DNA from: Candidatus Krumholzibacteriia bacterium
Lineage (GTDB): Bacteria; Krumholzibacteriota; Krumholzibacteriia; LZORAL124-64-63
DNA: 64,000 nucleotides
Direction of reading: 5' to 3'
Assembly: GCA_050174015.1 (NCBI GenBank)
Contig: JBFXKG010000006.1
Span: 157,219-221,218, forward strand
Shown: in pieces, positions 28,232-37,612 of the stretch
How the letters are laid out: each line of letters begins with the position of its first letter
How positions within the stretch are numbered: position 1 is the stretch's first letter
The notes under the pieces: generated by a model
The model's database searches: none
What the model was told of the DNA's origin: nothing
What the model saw: the letters and a program-made list of their open reading frames with translations, nothing else
Program-made: the position numbers and the translations under genes

Positions 28232-29497
28232 ATGCGCCTCATGGTCCTGACCCCCTACCTGCCCCACCGCCGGGTGGGGCACGGCGGAGGTACGGCCGTC
28301 CGCGATCTGGTGACCTGGCTGGCCCGCAGGCACGAGGTCCGTCTGGTGTCCTTGGTGAGGCCCGGGGAACGGGACCTGGTCTCCGAGGTGGAGGCCCTGG
28401 GTGCGTCCGTGGCGGCCCTGCCCTTCAGCGACGCCGGCGCCCGCGGCCTTGACCGCCTGCAGCTGGCCGCCGGGCGGGCGGTCTCCCGGGTCCGCTCCCT
28501 GGCTTCAGGCTACCCCCATTACGTGGAGAAGTACTGGTCCGCGTCGCTGAGCCGCCGCGTCCTGGCGGCCGTCGCCGAGTTCCAGCCCGATGCGGTGCAG
28601 GTCGAATACCTGCAGCTGGCCCTGTTCTGCCGGGACCTGTTCCGTGATCGGGAGCGCACCGGCCGTCCCGGTCCCCGGTTGATCCTCAACAGCCACGAAC
28701 TGGGCTCCGTGCCCCGGGAACGCCGGGCCGCGGCCGCGTCCTCCGGTTTCCGGCGGCGCTTGGCCCTGGCCGAGGCGGCCCGGTGGCGGGGCCTGCAGAT
28801 CGACGCCACCACCTGGGCCGACCGCACCCTCTGCGTCACGCCCGAGGATCACCGGCTCTACGCCGCCATGGGGGGACGGAACCTGGTGACCATGCCCCTG
28901 GGAATGGATTGCGAGGCCATCGTCCCCGAATGGGATCCCGGGGATCCGGAGACCTTCCTGTTCGTCGGGTCCTTCGGCCACCGGCCGAACACCCTGGCCG
29001 CGGCCTTTCTCGTGGACACGGTCTGGCCCCGGGTCGCGGCCGCCCGGCCGCACGCCCGCCTCGTGCTGGCTGGACGGGGCTCACGGTCGTTCCTGGCCGC
29101 CCACCGGCCGGGCTGCGACTGGAACGCCAGAGGGATCGAGGCGGTGGGATTCGTGGACGATCTGGCCCCGCTGTTCCGCGCCTGCCGCCTGTTCGTGGCC
29201 CCCCTGCCCGAGGGAGGCGGCATCAAGATCAAGATCCTCGAGGCCATGGCCCGCGGGGTTCCCGTGGTCACTTCACCCGTCGGCGCCGAGGGCATCGCCC
29301 ACGGCGACGATCTGCTGGTGATCAGCCCCTGTGACGCCGGCTTCGCGGAAGCGGTCCTGGCCGCGGCTGCGGATCCGGAGGGGTGCCGGAATAGGGCCCG
29401 GGCGGCCCGCCTGCACATCGAACGGGAATTCAGCTGGGAATCGATCACCGACCGCCTGGCCCGGCTCTATGCGGGCCTCCCCCCCCGCTCCGCCTGA
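28232..29497 (+). CDS. Glycosyltransferase family 4 (GT-B)
   Basis: FVGSFGHRPN, GGIKIKILEAMARGVPVV, FSWESI. Confidence 0.88.
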   Translation: MRLMVLTPYLPHRRVGHGGGTAVRDLVTWLARRHEVRLVSLVRPGERDLVSEVEALGASVAALPFSDAGARGLDRLQLAAGRAVSRVRSLASGYPHYVEKYWSASLSRRVLAAVAEFQPDAVQVEYLQLALFCRDLFRDRERTGRPGPRLILNSHELGSVPRERRAAAASSGFRRRLALAEAARWRGLQIDATTWADRTLCVTPEDHRLYAAMGGRNLVTMPLGMDCEAIVPEWDPGDPETFLFVGSFGHRPNTLAAAFLVDTVWPRVAAARPHARLVLAGRGSRSFLAAHRPGCDWNARGIEAVGFVDDLAPLFRACRLFVAPLPEGGGIKIKILEAMARGVPVVTSPVGAEGIAHGDDLLVISPCDAGFAEAVLAAAADPEGCRNRARAARLHIEREFSWESITDRLARLYAGLPPRSA

Positions 29498-29498
29498 T

Positions 29499-30122
29499 TC
29501 AGGTTCGTCGCCCGATGATCGCCAGGACATCCTCGAGGCTGATGTTCCGGTCGCCGCCGGCGAGTTCGGCGAGCAGGGTGACCTGGGCGAGCCGCTCGAC
29601 GGTTTCGAGCAGGGCGTAGGCCGCCTCCAGATCCCCGCCGACGGCCACCACCCCGTGGCTGCCGAGCAGGATGGCGTCGTGGCGGGGAATCAGCGGGGCG
29701 ATGGAGGCGGGAACGTCTTCGGAACCGGGCAGGGCGCGCTCTGCAACTGGCACCACCGGCAACAGCGCGGCGGTCTCGGTCAGCAGGGTTCCGTCCAGGG
29801 GACGTCCGATCACCGCGAAGGCGGTCGCCCAGGGGGGATGGGCGTGGCAGACCGCGGCCACGTCGGGCCGCAATTCGTAGATGGCCCGGTGCATGGGCCA
29901 TTCGCTGGTGGGCCGCCCCTGCGGGCAGCGTCCCCGGAGATCGACTTCCAGCAGGTCCTGGGGCCGCAAGCTGCCCTTGGCGGTCCCCGCCGGGGTCACC
30001 AGAAAAGCGTGGCCGCCGAGTCGAACCGAGAGGTTCCCTTCGGCGGCCACGATCATGCCCTGTTCCTGGAGCCTGCGGCCCACCGCGACCATGGCCCGGC
30101 GCAGCTGCACCAGGTTCACCAT
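29499..30122 (-). CDS. Class II aldolase/adducin family protein
   Basis: EGNLSVR, PTSEWPMH, HAHP, SHG. Confidence 0.9.
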   Translation of the reverse strand: MVNLVQLRRAMVAVGRRLQEQGMIVAAEGNLSVRLGGHAFLVTPAGTAKGSLRPQDLLEVDLRGRCPQGRPTSEWPMHRAIYELRPDVAAVCHAHPPWATAFAVIGRPLDGTLLTETAALLPVVPVAERALPGSEDVPASIAPLIPRHDAILLGSHGVVAVGGDLEAAYALLETVERLAQVTLLAELAGGDRNISLEDVLAIIGRRT

Positions 30123-30125
30123 CGG

Positions 30126-31592
30126 CTAGGGCCTGAAGATGTAGAGATGCGACATCACGCCTTCGAAGAAGCTGAGAAGATCCCTCTCCCCCGCAGCCAT
30201 CTCGCGCATCTCGACCTCGGTCCAGCCCCGGTCGAGGGTCTCGTTCTCCAGCTTGTATCTCTGGTAGGCCTCTTCCTCGAGGCGGTCGAGCATCTCGGTG
30301 GGGAACCCCAGCTGACTGCTCAGCAGCAGCGACCCGTCCGCCATGACCGACGGCGTCCAGTCGTCCGACCGGGTGAAGTAGTAGATTTCCGGATCCAGGC
30401 TGCCGTCCGCAGGGACCTTCCAGATGTTGCGGTCGTGCAGGGTGATCGAGGGGGCCCGGCGCGTCGAGACGAAATAGACGGCCGAACCGTCGTTCGTGAA
30501 CGCCGGCTGGTCGTTCAGGACCCCGGTGATGGGATCGCCGTCGGTGTACCTGGTGAAGGTCAGGCGGGTCAGGCCGTCGTCCAGGACCGAGGTCCCCGAC
30601 GCCGCGGCCTCGGGATCGAAATCGATCAGGAAGAGCTCCGTGCCGATGCCCGTGCCGCCGCCGACGTCCATGCCCCCCGAGAAGACGATCCTCCGACCGT
30701 CGGGCGACCAGGCGGGGGTGCGCAGATTGGAGTAGAAGCCGGTCAGGTAGTGCCAGGCGGTATCGTAGCCGTTGCCGTCCCCGAGAGTCCAGAGATCCAC
30801 GGCGATCAGCGCGCTCTGGGTGCCCAGGAACTCGAAGTACTCCCGCTCACCGTCGGTGATGATGTTCACGCGGCTCGCGAAGAAGGTGCAGACGGCCCAG
30901 CGCCCGTCCGGGGATACCGCGGGGTCCAGGATCTGGAAGTCGAACCCGCCGTCCTGATTGTCCCCCCTCATGGGAGCCCCGTTGTAGAACAGACCGGTGT
31001 CCAGGCCGTCGATCAGCATCACGCCGTCGACGTTGGCGCTGCCGGGCGTGGTGATGTCCGCGCTGAAGAGACGGAACCCGCGGTTGGTCAGGTAGGAGAA
31101 GAGGATCCGGTTGTCGGTGATCCACTTCGGCGAGGCCTTGCGCTCGTTCTGGATGTCCGCAGGAATGAGGACGATGGTCGCCCCAGCGCCGCCCATGTGC
31201 AGCGTGTATTCGTTGAGCAGGACCAGTTCGGCCCCCTGGACCTCGAGGGACTCCTCGGGCTCCTTGGGCTCGAACAGCTGGGGCAGGGGCATGATCAAAA
31301 TCTGACGGTTGGTGACGTAGGGCTCGTCGCCGGGATCCCGCTCGGTGGGGATCGCCCACCAGTCGGCGGTGAACATGATCCGCGTCCCGTCCGGGGACTG
31401 CACCGGATCGAGATATTGGAACCCGTCGCTGGTGGTGTCCGTCGTGACCATGATCAGCTCGCCGCAGGAATGGTTCCCGCAGACCGCGAGGGTCTCCGAG
31501 GGATCCTCCTTGCTGGAGCAGCCGATGACGACGAACACGGCCAGGACGGCGAAATAGGACAGCAGGAAGAGCCGATTGCGCAGCCACATCAT
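30126..31592 (-). CDS. TolB-like beta-propeller lipoprotein
   Basis: Lipobox VIGC; PD40-type repeats (SPDGTRI, SPDGRW, PAWSPDGRRIVF, PAFTNDG). Confidence 0.75.
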   Translation of the reverse strand: MMWLRNRLFLLSYFAVLAVFVVIGCSSKEDPSETLAVCGNHSCGELIMVTTDTTSDGFQYLDPVQSPDGTRIMFTADWWAIPTERDPGDEPYVTNRQILIMPLPQLFEPKEPEESLEVQGAELVLLNEYTLHMGGAGATIVLIPADIQNERKASPKWITDNRILFSYLTNRGFRLFSADITTPGSANVDGVMLIDGLDTGLFYNGAPMRGDNQDGGFDFQILDPAVSPDGRWAVCTFFASRVNIITDGEREYFEFLGTQSALIAVDLWTLGDGNGYDTAWHYLTGFYSNLRTPAWSPDGRRIVFSGGMDVGGGTGIGTELFLIDFDPEAAASGTSVLDDGLTRLTFTRYTDGDPITGVLNDQPAFTNDGSAVYFVSTRRAPSITLHDRNIWKVPADGSLDPEIYYFTRSDDWTPSVMADGSLLLSSQLGFPTEMLDRLEEEAYQRYKLENETLDRGWTEVEMREMAAGERDLLSFFEGVMSHLYIFRP

Positions 31593-31726
31593 GGTAGGGA
31601 CAACCTCCAGTGCGGGGATCGAGCGGAAACGCCGCAGCGATGACGATCTCGCGCGGATAGGTAAAATTAAGGCAAGCCCTTCCCCAAATCAACCACCGTT
31701 TTGGCCGGCCCGCGGCGCAACTGCTG

Positions 31727-32680
31727 TTACTGCTCCAGATTGAACGAGATGGTCACCCTCAGCCAGGCCCAGACGGGGTACTTGCCGATGCGGGCGGATT
31801 CGAAATCCCCCCCTTCCAGCGCGGCCAGGGCGGCGGCGGTCAGATCGGCCGACGGGGAGGAGACGACCACCGCCTGCCGGACCTCGGCCGCCGGGCTGAG
31901 CAGGAGGTCGAACACCACGTCCCCGGTGACCCCGGCGTCGACCGCGGCAGGGGGGTAGACCGGGGCCAGCCCGCCCAGGTATCGGGGGGGATAGTTCCTC
32001 AGCTGCTGGTAGAGCTGCATCGTGCGGAAGCTGCGGCCTCCGGTGCACTTGGTCATACCGACCGCCACGAGTGCCCCGGCCTTCTCGAAATCGCCCTCGG
32101 CCCGGGCCACGTCCGCCAGGAGGTAATCCACCGCGGCGTCGTCCGGGCGGGCGGATCCCGCCTCGGTCAGGAGTTCGCGCGCCCTGCCCAGCAGGCGCTC
32201 GCGGTTGCGGGGCCAGTCCCCCACGTCGGCCGCCGGCCCCTCGACCGGCAGCAGGTCGGGGTCGCCCTGGCCCGCCATCAGGTACAGCTGGCCGAGGGTC
32301 AGGAGCATGAGGGAATGGCGCAGCCCCGCTTCCAGCCCGAATTCCATCTCGATCATGCCGTCGGATCCCGATCCGTCCCTGAAGAATTCGGAACAGAGGC
32401 CCAGATAGCGCTCCACCTGCGGGGAAACGCCGGTGTCCTCGGCGCACCAGGACAGGCGGTGCTCACGCCACTTGCCTTCGGGAACCGGCTGTTCGTTCAG
32501 GTAATCGGGGCGGGCGCCGGCGGGCCGGGGGGCCTCGGGAACCCGGGGTCCCGGCGGCGGCGTGGCGCACCCGACCCCGAAAACCAGGTAGGCCGGGATC
32601 AGGGCGAACAGGACCCTCCGGATCACCGTCCCCCCGGCTCGGCGACCGGGAATCCGGACTTCTCCCACGCATGCGGTCAT
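31727..32680 (-). CDS. Lipoprotein with helical region and C-terminal TonB domain (alternative start GTG 32626)
   Basis: Lipobox GVGC; PVYPPAAVDAGVTGDV...FESARIGKYPVWAWLRVTISFNL. Confidence 0.7.
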   Translation of the reverse strand: MTACVGEVRIPGRRAGGTVIRRVLFALIPAYLVFGVGCATPPPGPRVPEAPRPAGARPDYLNEQPVPEGKWREHRLSWCAEDTGVSPQVERYLGLCSEFFRDGSGSDGMIEMEFGLEAGLRHSLMLLTLGQLYLMAGQGDPDLLPVEGPAADVGDWPRNRERLLGRARELLTEAGSARPDDAAVDYLLADVARAEGDFEKAGALVAVGMTKCTGGRSFRTMQLYQQLRNYPPRYLGGLAPVYPPAAVDAGVTGDVVFDLLLSPAAEVRQAVVVSSPSADLTAAALAALEGGDFESARIGKYPVWAWLRVTISFNLEQ

Positions 32681-33774
32681 CGGCGGGGTTCCTTTCCGGC
32701 CAGGCCGGGGTCGAGGGCCAGGACCCTGGCCCATTCCTCCCTGGCTTCGCTTTCGCGGCCGAGTTCCAGCAGGATGGCCACGCGGTTGTTGCGGTAGATC
32801 GCGTTGTCGGGCTCGAGGGTAACCGAGCGGTCCGCAGCCTCCAGGGCTCCGGCCGGATCCCCGGCCGCCAGGAGGTTGCCCGCCACCTTGGCCCAGAAGA
32901 CCCCATCGGCAAGGAGGCCGGCGGGCAAGGACCGGTTCCCGGTGGCGGCGTGGATCATGCGCCGACTCTGGACCCCATCGTTCCCGAGCGCCTCCTCGGA
33001 CTGGACCAGGAGCCGGCATTCGTCACCGTCGAGATCCGCCAGGTCGACGGCGCCCAGCAGACCGATCACCGAATCGGGCCGACCGGTGCGGAACAGGGCA
33101 ACAGCCAGGCGCTTGCGCAGCCCGGGGTCGCCCTGGCGGCGCCACAGATCCCCCAGGGGCCCCACCGCGGCGGCCCAGTCCTCCCTGGCGATGGCCACCG
33201 TCGCCAGGGCGGCCGTGGCCTCGGGGCATCCCCCGCACAGGCGATCGGCCAGCAGGAACTCGTCGGCGGCCCGGCGCAGGTCCCCGAACTCCATCAGGGT
33301 GTGGCCGTACTCCAGTCGCGCCGACGCGTCGGCGGGTGCGAGATCCACCACCGTCTGGTACTCGGTGAGCGCCCGCCCCCGACGTCCCAGTGATCGCAGG
33401 CCGAAGGCCAGGTTCCGGTGCAGCCTGGCGTCGCCCGGATTGCCCAGGACCGCGGTCTCGAGCAGGGGCACGGCTTCCTCGTTCCGCCCCGCCCGACTGA
33501 GGGCCAGGCCCAGCCGGCCGGCGATCTGCCAGCCGTACAGGGGATCCCCCGACCACCTGTCGTGCAAGGCGGATCCGACGAGGACCGCCCGGTCCGGATC
33601 GTCCGCAGCCAGGAGGCTGTCCACCTCGGCCAGCCCCCCCACGATGGCCGCGACTTCCCGGGCATCGGGCCGCTCGGCCGCCCTCGCCAGGTCCCCCGGG
33701 AGGGCGAGGCTCAGGACCGTCACGATCATCGCCATCAGGATCCGGGACACGTCCAATCGACCTTTCAGCGGCAT
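32677..33774 (-). CDS. Secreted TPR-repeat protein
   Basis: Signal peptide, several TPR motifs (NPGDARLHRNLA, LEPDNAIYRNN). Confidence 0.8.
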   Translation of the reverse strand: MPLKGRLDVSRILMAMIVTVLSLALPGDLARAAERPDAREVAAIVGGLAEVDSLLAADDPDRAVLVGSALHDRWSGDPLYGWQIAGRLGLALSRAGRNEEAVPLLETAVLGNPGDARLHRNLAFGLRSLGRRGRALTEYQTVVDLAPADASARLEYGHTLMEFGDLRRAADEFLLADRLCGGCPEATAALATVAIAREDWAAAVGPLGDLWRRQGDPGLRKRLAVALFRTGRPDSVIGLLGAVDLADLDGDECRLLVQSEEALGNDGVQSRRMIHAATGNRSLPAGLLADGVFWAKVAGNLLAAGDPAGALEAADRSVTLEPDNAIYRNNRVAILLELGRESEAREEWARVLALDPGLAGKEPRR

Positions 33775-33896
33775 GATGGCGCCCGCGATCCCTGGTTCGC
33801 GAGCCTCACGATCCGGCGGGAATTTGACGCCGGACCCCCTCTGCTGGTAAAATATTCCCTCAAAGTCAAAAAACCACGATCCTTTGGAGTTCTTAC

Positions 33897-35714
33897 GTGG
33901 CCCGACGCCGTACGCCCCTCGCCACCGTCGGCGCAGCCCCGCACCCCTGGGGAGTGACGACCCTGCTGCCCCTGTTCCTGGCCCTGTCCTGGTGGATGGC
34001 GCCCCCCGCCCAGGCCTTCGTCCGCCTGGATTTCGAGCAGAGCTTCTTCGTCCATCCCCAGCGTCAGGTCTGGGACTTCTGCCTCGTCCGCCCGGACTCC
34101 CTCTATCACATCTACTACCACAGCATCCACGAGGCCACGCCTCACGCCGCCAACGGCGATACCATCTGGCACGCCACCAGCCCCGACCTCAAGCGCTGGG
34201 ACATCCTGGGTCCCGTGCTCACCGTCGGAACCGACTGGTGGGACGCGGGGGCGAACTGGGCTCCCGACGTGATCTACGACGAGAGCGCCGGCCTCTGGAG
34301 AATGCTCTACACCTCCTGCGACCTGCAGATGAACCAGCGTCTGGCCATCGCGAGTTCCCCCGATCTTTACACCTGGAGCGATGATCCCGGCAACCCCAAC
34401 CTCGAACCCAATCCCCTGACGTACCTCTACAACACCGCCGCGGGATGGTCGGACTTCCGGGATCCCTTCGCCTTTCGCCAGGACGGCCAGTGGCACGTCC
34501 TGATCACCGCCCGGCAATGGCTGGGCCAGTCCACCGGCGTCCTCTACCACGCATCCAGCCCCGACCTCGTGACCTGGACCGATCTCGGGCCGATCTTCGC
34601 CAACGACGGGGCCACCCCCGGACGCGTCCTGGAAAGCCCTCAGTACCTGATCATCGGGGACTACCACCACCTATTCTTCGGGGAGTACGACACGCCGGGG
34701 ATCACCCTCCTGTCGAACCCCGATCCGGTCGCCTGGTCCATGGCCGACAGGGTGACCATCGATGGCGGTTACGCCCCCGAGGTCAAGGAGTTCGATCCCG
34801 GCCACCGGGTCTTCGCCCGGATCACGCCGTACTACCTCCCTTCGAGCACCGACCTGGGATACGTCGTCAGGCTGGACACCCTGAAGACCCTGGAATCCGG
34901 CGGCACCCCCTGGATCTTCAAGCATCATCCCCTGGACGCGGACTGGGCCCGATTCACGGGGATCTGCTTCGGCGCCAATCCGACCTTCGGCGACAACCCC
35001 CTGTGGCGCGGCGAACCGTCGGTGGGCATGAAGGGCAACAGCTACTTCAGCAGCCAGGAGTACTACCAGGGACCCCTGTCGGGTCGCGGAGCGCCGGGAG
35101 TCGCCCTGGGCGATGCCGCGGTCGGCAACATGGACAGCCGGCCCTTCGTGGTCACCGGTCGCCGGATGGACCTGCTGGTGGGGGGCGGCAACTACCCCGA
35201 GACCTGCTACGTCGCCCTGCTGTCCGCCGCCGATTCGACCCTCCTCTTCAGGGAGACCGGCCTGGACGATCCCTTGATGACGCCCCGCACCTGGAACCTG
35301 GCGCCCTACCTGGGCGCCGAGTGCTTCATACGCATCGTCGACGACGAGACCGGGCCCATGGGCTTCATCAACGTGGACGAGATTCTCGAATCCGACGATC
35401 CGGTCGCGACGGTCGGCCCGGATGCTCCCGAGCTCCTGCTCGCCGGCCACCAGGCTGCGCCCAATCCCTTCAATCCCCTGACGGGCATCCGTTTCGAGCT
35501 GGCGCGGCCGGCGGCCGTGAGGATCGTCATCACCGACGTCCGGGGCCGGACCGTCTGGCTCAGCCCGGTGGTGGGGGGCCGGACCGGGACCAACCGGATC
35601 GAATGGAACGGAACGGATCTGAAGGGGAGTCCCGCCGCCTCGGGCTCCTACCTCTACCTCATCGAGGCCGACGGGGAACCTGCAGGCCGAGGCAAGCTCG
35701 CCCTCGTGCGCTGA
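33897..35714 (+). CDS. Secreted five-bladed beta-propeller glycoside hydrolase (GH32-like) with C-terminal FlgD-Ig domain
   Basis: WDF, HATSPDL..W, WAP, DFRDP, LESP; C-terminal APNPFNP...WNGTD...ASGSYLY; start uncertain. Confidence 0.75.
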   Translation: MARRRTPLATVGAAPHPWGVTTLLPLFLALSWWMAPPAQAFVRLDFEQSFFVHPQRQVWDFCLVRPDSLYHIYYHSIHEATPHAANGDTIWHATSPDLKRWDILGPVLTVGTDWWDAGANWAPDVIYDESAGLWRMLYTSCDLQMNQRLAIASSPDLYTWSDDPGNPNLEPNPLTYLYNTAAGWSDFRDPFAFRQDGQWHVLITARQWLGQSTGVLYHASSPDLVTWTDLGPIFANDGATPGRVLESPQYLIIGDYHHLFFGEYDTPGITLLSNPDPVAWSMADRVTIDGGYAPEVKEFDPGHRVFARITPYYLPSSTDLGYVVRLDTLKTLESGGTPWIFKHHPLDADWARFTGICFGANPTFGDNPLWRGEPSVGMKGNSYFSSQEYYQGPLSGRGAPGVALGDAAVGNMDSRPFVVTGRRMDLLVGGGNYPETCYVALLSAADSTLLFRETGLDDPLMTPRTWNLAPYLGAECFIRIVDDETGPMGFINVDEILESDDPVATVGPDAPELLLAGHQAAPNPFNPLTGIRFELARPAAVRIVITDVRGRTVWLSPVVGGRTGTNRIEWNGTDLKGSPAASGSYLYLIEADGEPAGRGKLALVR

Positions 35715-35717
35715 GGC

Positions 35718-35744
35718 TCAAGATTCCCGCCCAAAAGCCGATAT
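35718..35744 (+). promoter_or_regulatory. Sigma28 (FliA-type) promoter
   Basis: TCAA-N15-GCCGATAT, 8 nt upstream of ATG 35753. Confidence 0.65.
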
Positions 35745-35752
35745 TCAGGGGC

Positions 35753-37456
35753 ATGAACACCCTGGCTGCGGATTTCACGACCCGTCTGGCCGGCGAGGTG
35801 GGGACCCTTCCCCACGTCGCCGCCGCCGTCGTGACCCTGGCCGCGGACCCCGAGTGCAGCCTTCCCGACATGACGCGCCTCATCCTCAGCGACAACGTCA
35901 TGGCCATGCGGTTCCTGGCGCTCGCCAACAGCGCCGCCTATTCCCGGGGCCAGGAGGTCCGCGATCTGCGGGGAGCCCTCGTGCGCCTGGGACTGCGCCG
36001 GGTCAGGAACATCGCCTTCCTCATGGGCATGCACGATCTCGTCCCCCGCCAGCGGGGGACCGGGGCCCTGGATCTGCGGGAGTTCTGGAAGTACAGCCTG
36101 GCGGTCGCAGGCTTCGCCCAGGCGCTGGCTGCGGCCGAGGACCCCGTCACCGGGGACGACGCCTGGCTGGTCGGCATCCTGCACGGCATCGGCGTCCCCT
36201 TCCTGGCCCAGAAGGAGCCCGAGAAGTTCCGGCGGGCCTGCGAACTGGCCCGTGCGGAACGGTGCGCCCTCGTCGAGGCCGAAACCCGGATCCTGGGATT
36301 CGACCACCGGGAACTCGGCCACCGGCTGATGAAGACCTGGGGCCTGCCCCCGGACCTGGCCGAGGCCGTCGCCGCCGGCCGCGGCTCCGTTCCTCCGTGG
36401 GTCCGTGAACCCGGCGAATCCAGGATGGCCCGGATCCTCCGCCGATCGATCGCCCTGGTGAGGATGACGGATTTCGGCGAGAACGGGGACGGGCAGGACG
36501 CCTGGAGGCCGGAGGTTCTCCTGCCCGCCCTGGGCCTTGGAGACCAGGCGTTCACCGACCTTCTGGTGCGGGTCGACCGGGAAGTGGAGGATCTGTCCCG
36601 CCTGCTGGGCATCGACCTGCCCGAAGCCCCCGTGTCCGCAGCCCTCGCCGGCTCGCCGACCTTGACGGCCGAGGTGGGACTGTCGGGCCTGGACCAGGCC
36701 CTGGCCGGGGAACGATACGCCGAGGAACTGAACGCCGCCCGAGCCATCCAGCAACGTTTGCTGCCCGCAAGGGCCCCCGTCCTGCCGGGATTCGATCTGG
36801 CGGCCTGCAACCGTCCCGCCCGGGTGGTCAGCGGGGATTTCTACGACTTCCTGGCCCTCGACGGAGGCAGGACCGGCCTGGCGGTCGCCGACATCGCGGG
36901 CAAGGGACTGCCGGCGGCCCTGCTGGCGGGCAACCTGCAGGCCTGCCTCAGGGCCCTGGCCTCCATCCATGCCGACCCGGGCGAACTGCTGGCCGCGGCC
37001 AACGCGGCGCTCTTTTCCGGAAGCGGGCCCGAGGAATTCGCGACCTTGTTCCTCGCCGTCGTCGATCCGGGCCGGGAATCGATCACCTACGCCTCCGCCG
37101 GGGCCCAGCCGCCCATCCTGATCGACGAGGAGGGTAAGGCGTTCGAACTGCGTCCGACTGGCCCGGCCCTGGGCCTGATCCCCGACGCCGGGTACCCTTC
37201 CCGCTCGGTCATCCTCCCGGCCGGCGGGTTCCTGATGGCGTTCACCGACGGCCTGGCCGATGCGGGCAAGGCGGATCCCGGAGGGGGGATCATGGCCGCC
37301 CTGCTGGATGTGGCCAGGGGACTTGCCCGGGAGCCCGCCTCGGTCATGGTCCGCGACCTGCCGGAGGGTTTCCGGGCGGCCGTGGATCCGGTTCACGGGA
37401 GCCAGGACGACGATCTGACCCTGCTGGTCCTCAAGCGCCCCCTCCCCGCTTCCTGA
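35753..37456 (+). CDS. HDOD domain fused to SpoIIE/PP2C phosphatase
   Basis: HDOD (LANSAAY, LVRLG, LHGIG, GFDH) then ARAIQQRLLP, SGDFYD, ADIAGKG, FTDG, DDLT. Confidence 0.88.
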   Translation: MNTLAADFTTRLAGEVGTLPHVAAAVVTLAADPECSLPDMTRLILSDNVMAMRFLALANSAAYSRGQEVRDLRGALVRLGLRRVRNIAFLMGMHDLVPRQRGTGALDLREFWKYSLAVAGFAQALAAAEDPVTGDDAWLVGILHGIGVPFLAQKEPEKFRRACELARAERCALVEAETRILGFDHRELGHRLMKTWGLPPDLAEAVAAGRGSVPPWVREPGESRMARILRRSIALVRMTDFGENGDGQDAWRPEVLLPALGLGDQAFTDLLVRVDREVEDLSRLLGIDLPEAPVSAALAGSPTLTAEVGLSGLDQALAGERYAEELNAARAIQQRLLPARAPVLPGFDLAACNRPARVVSGDFYDFLALDGGRTGLAVADIAGKGLPAALLAGNLQACLRALASIHADPGELLAAANAALFSGSGPEEFATLFLAVVDPGRESITYASAGAQPPILIDEEGKAFELRPTGPALGLIPDAGYPSRSVILPAGGFLMAFTDGLADAGKADPGGGIMAALLDVARGLAREPASVMVRDLPEGFRAAVDPVHGSQDDDLTLLVLKRPLPAS

Positions 37457-37612
37457 CGATCCGGGGACCGGGCAACAAATTCGTGACCTGGACGGTATTC
37501 TTCCCCTGGAAATTGTGATATAGTCCCCGAGCCGACACCCTCCGGTCCGCCCCACCGCACCGGTCGGGTCCGTTTGACCAGCATGACCCCAGAGCAGGAA
37601 CAGGAACCGGAC

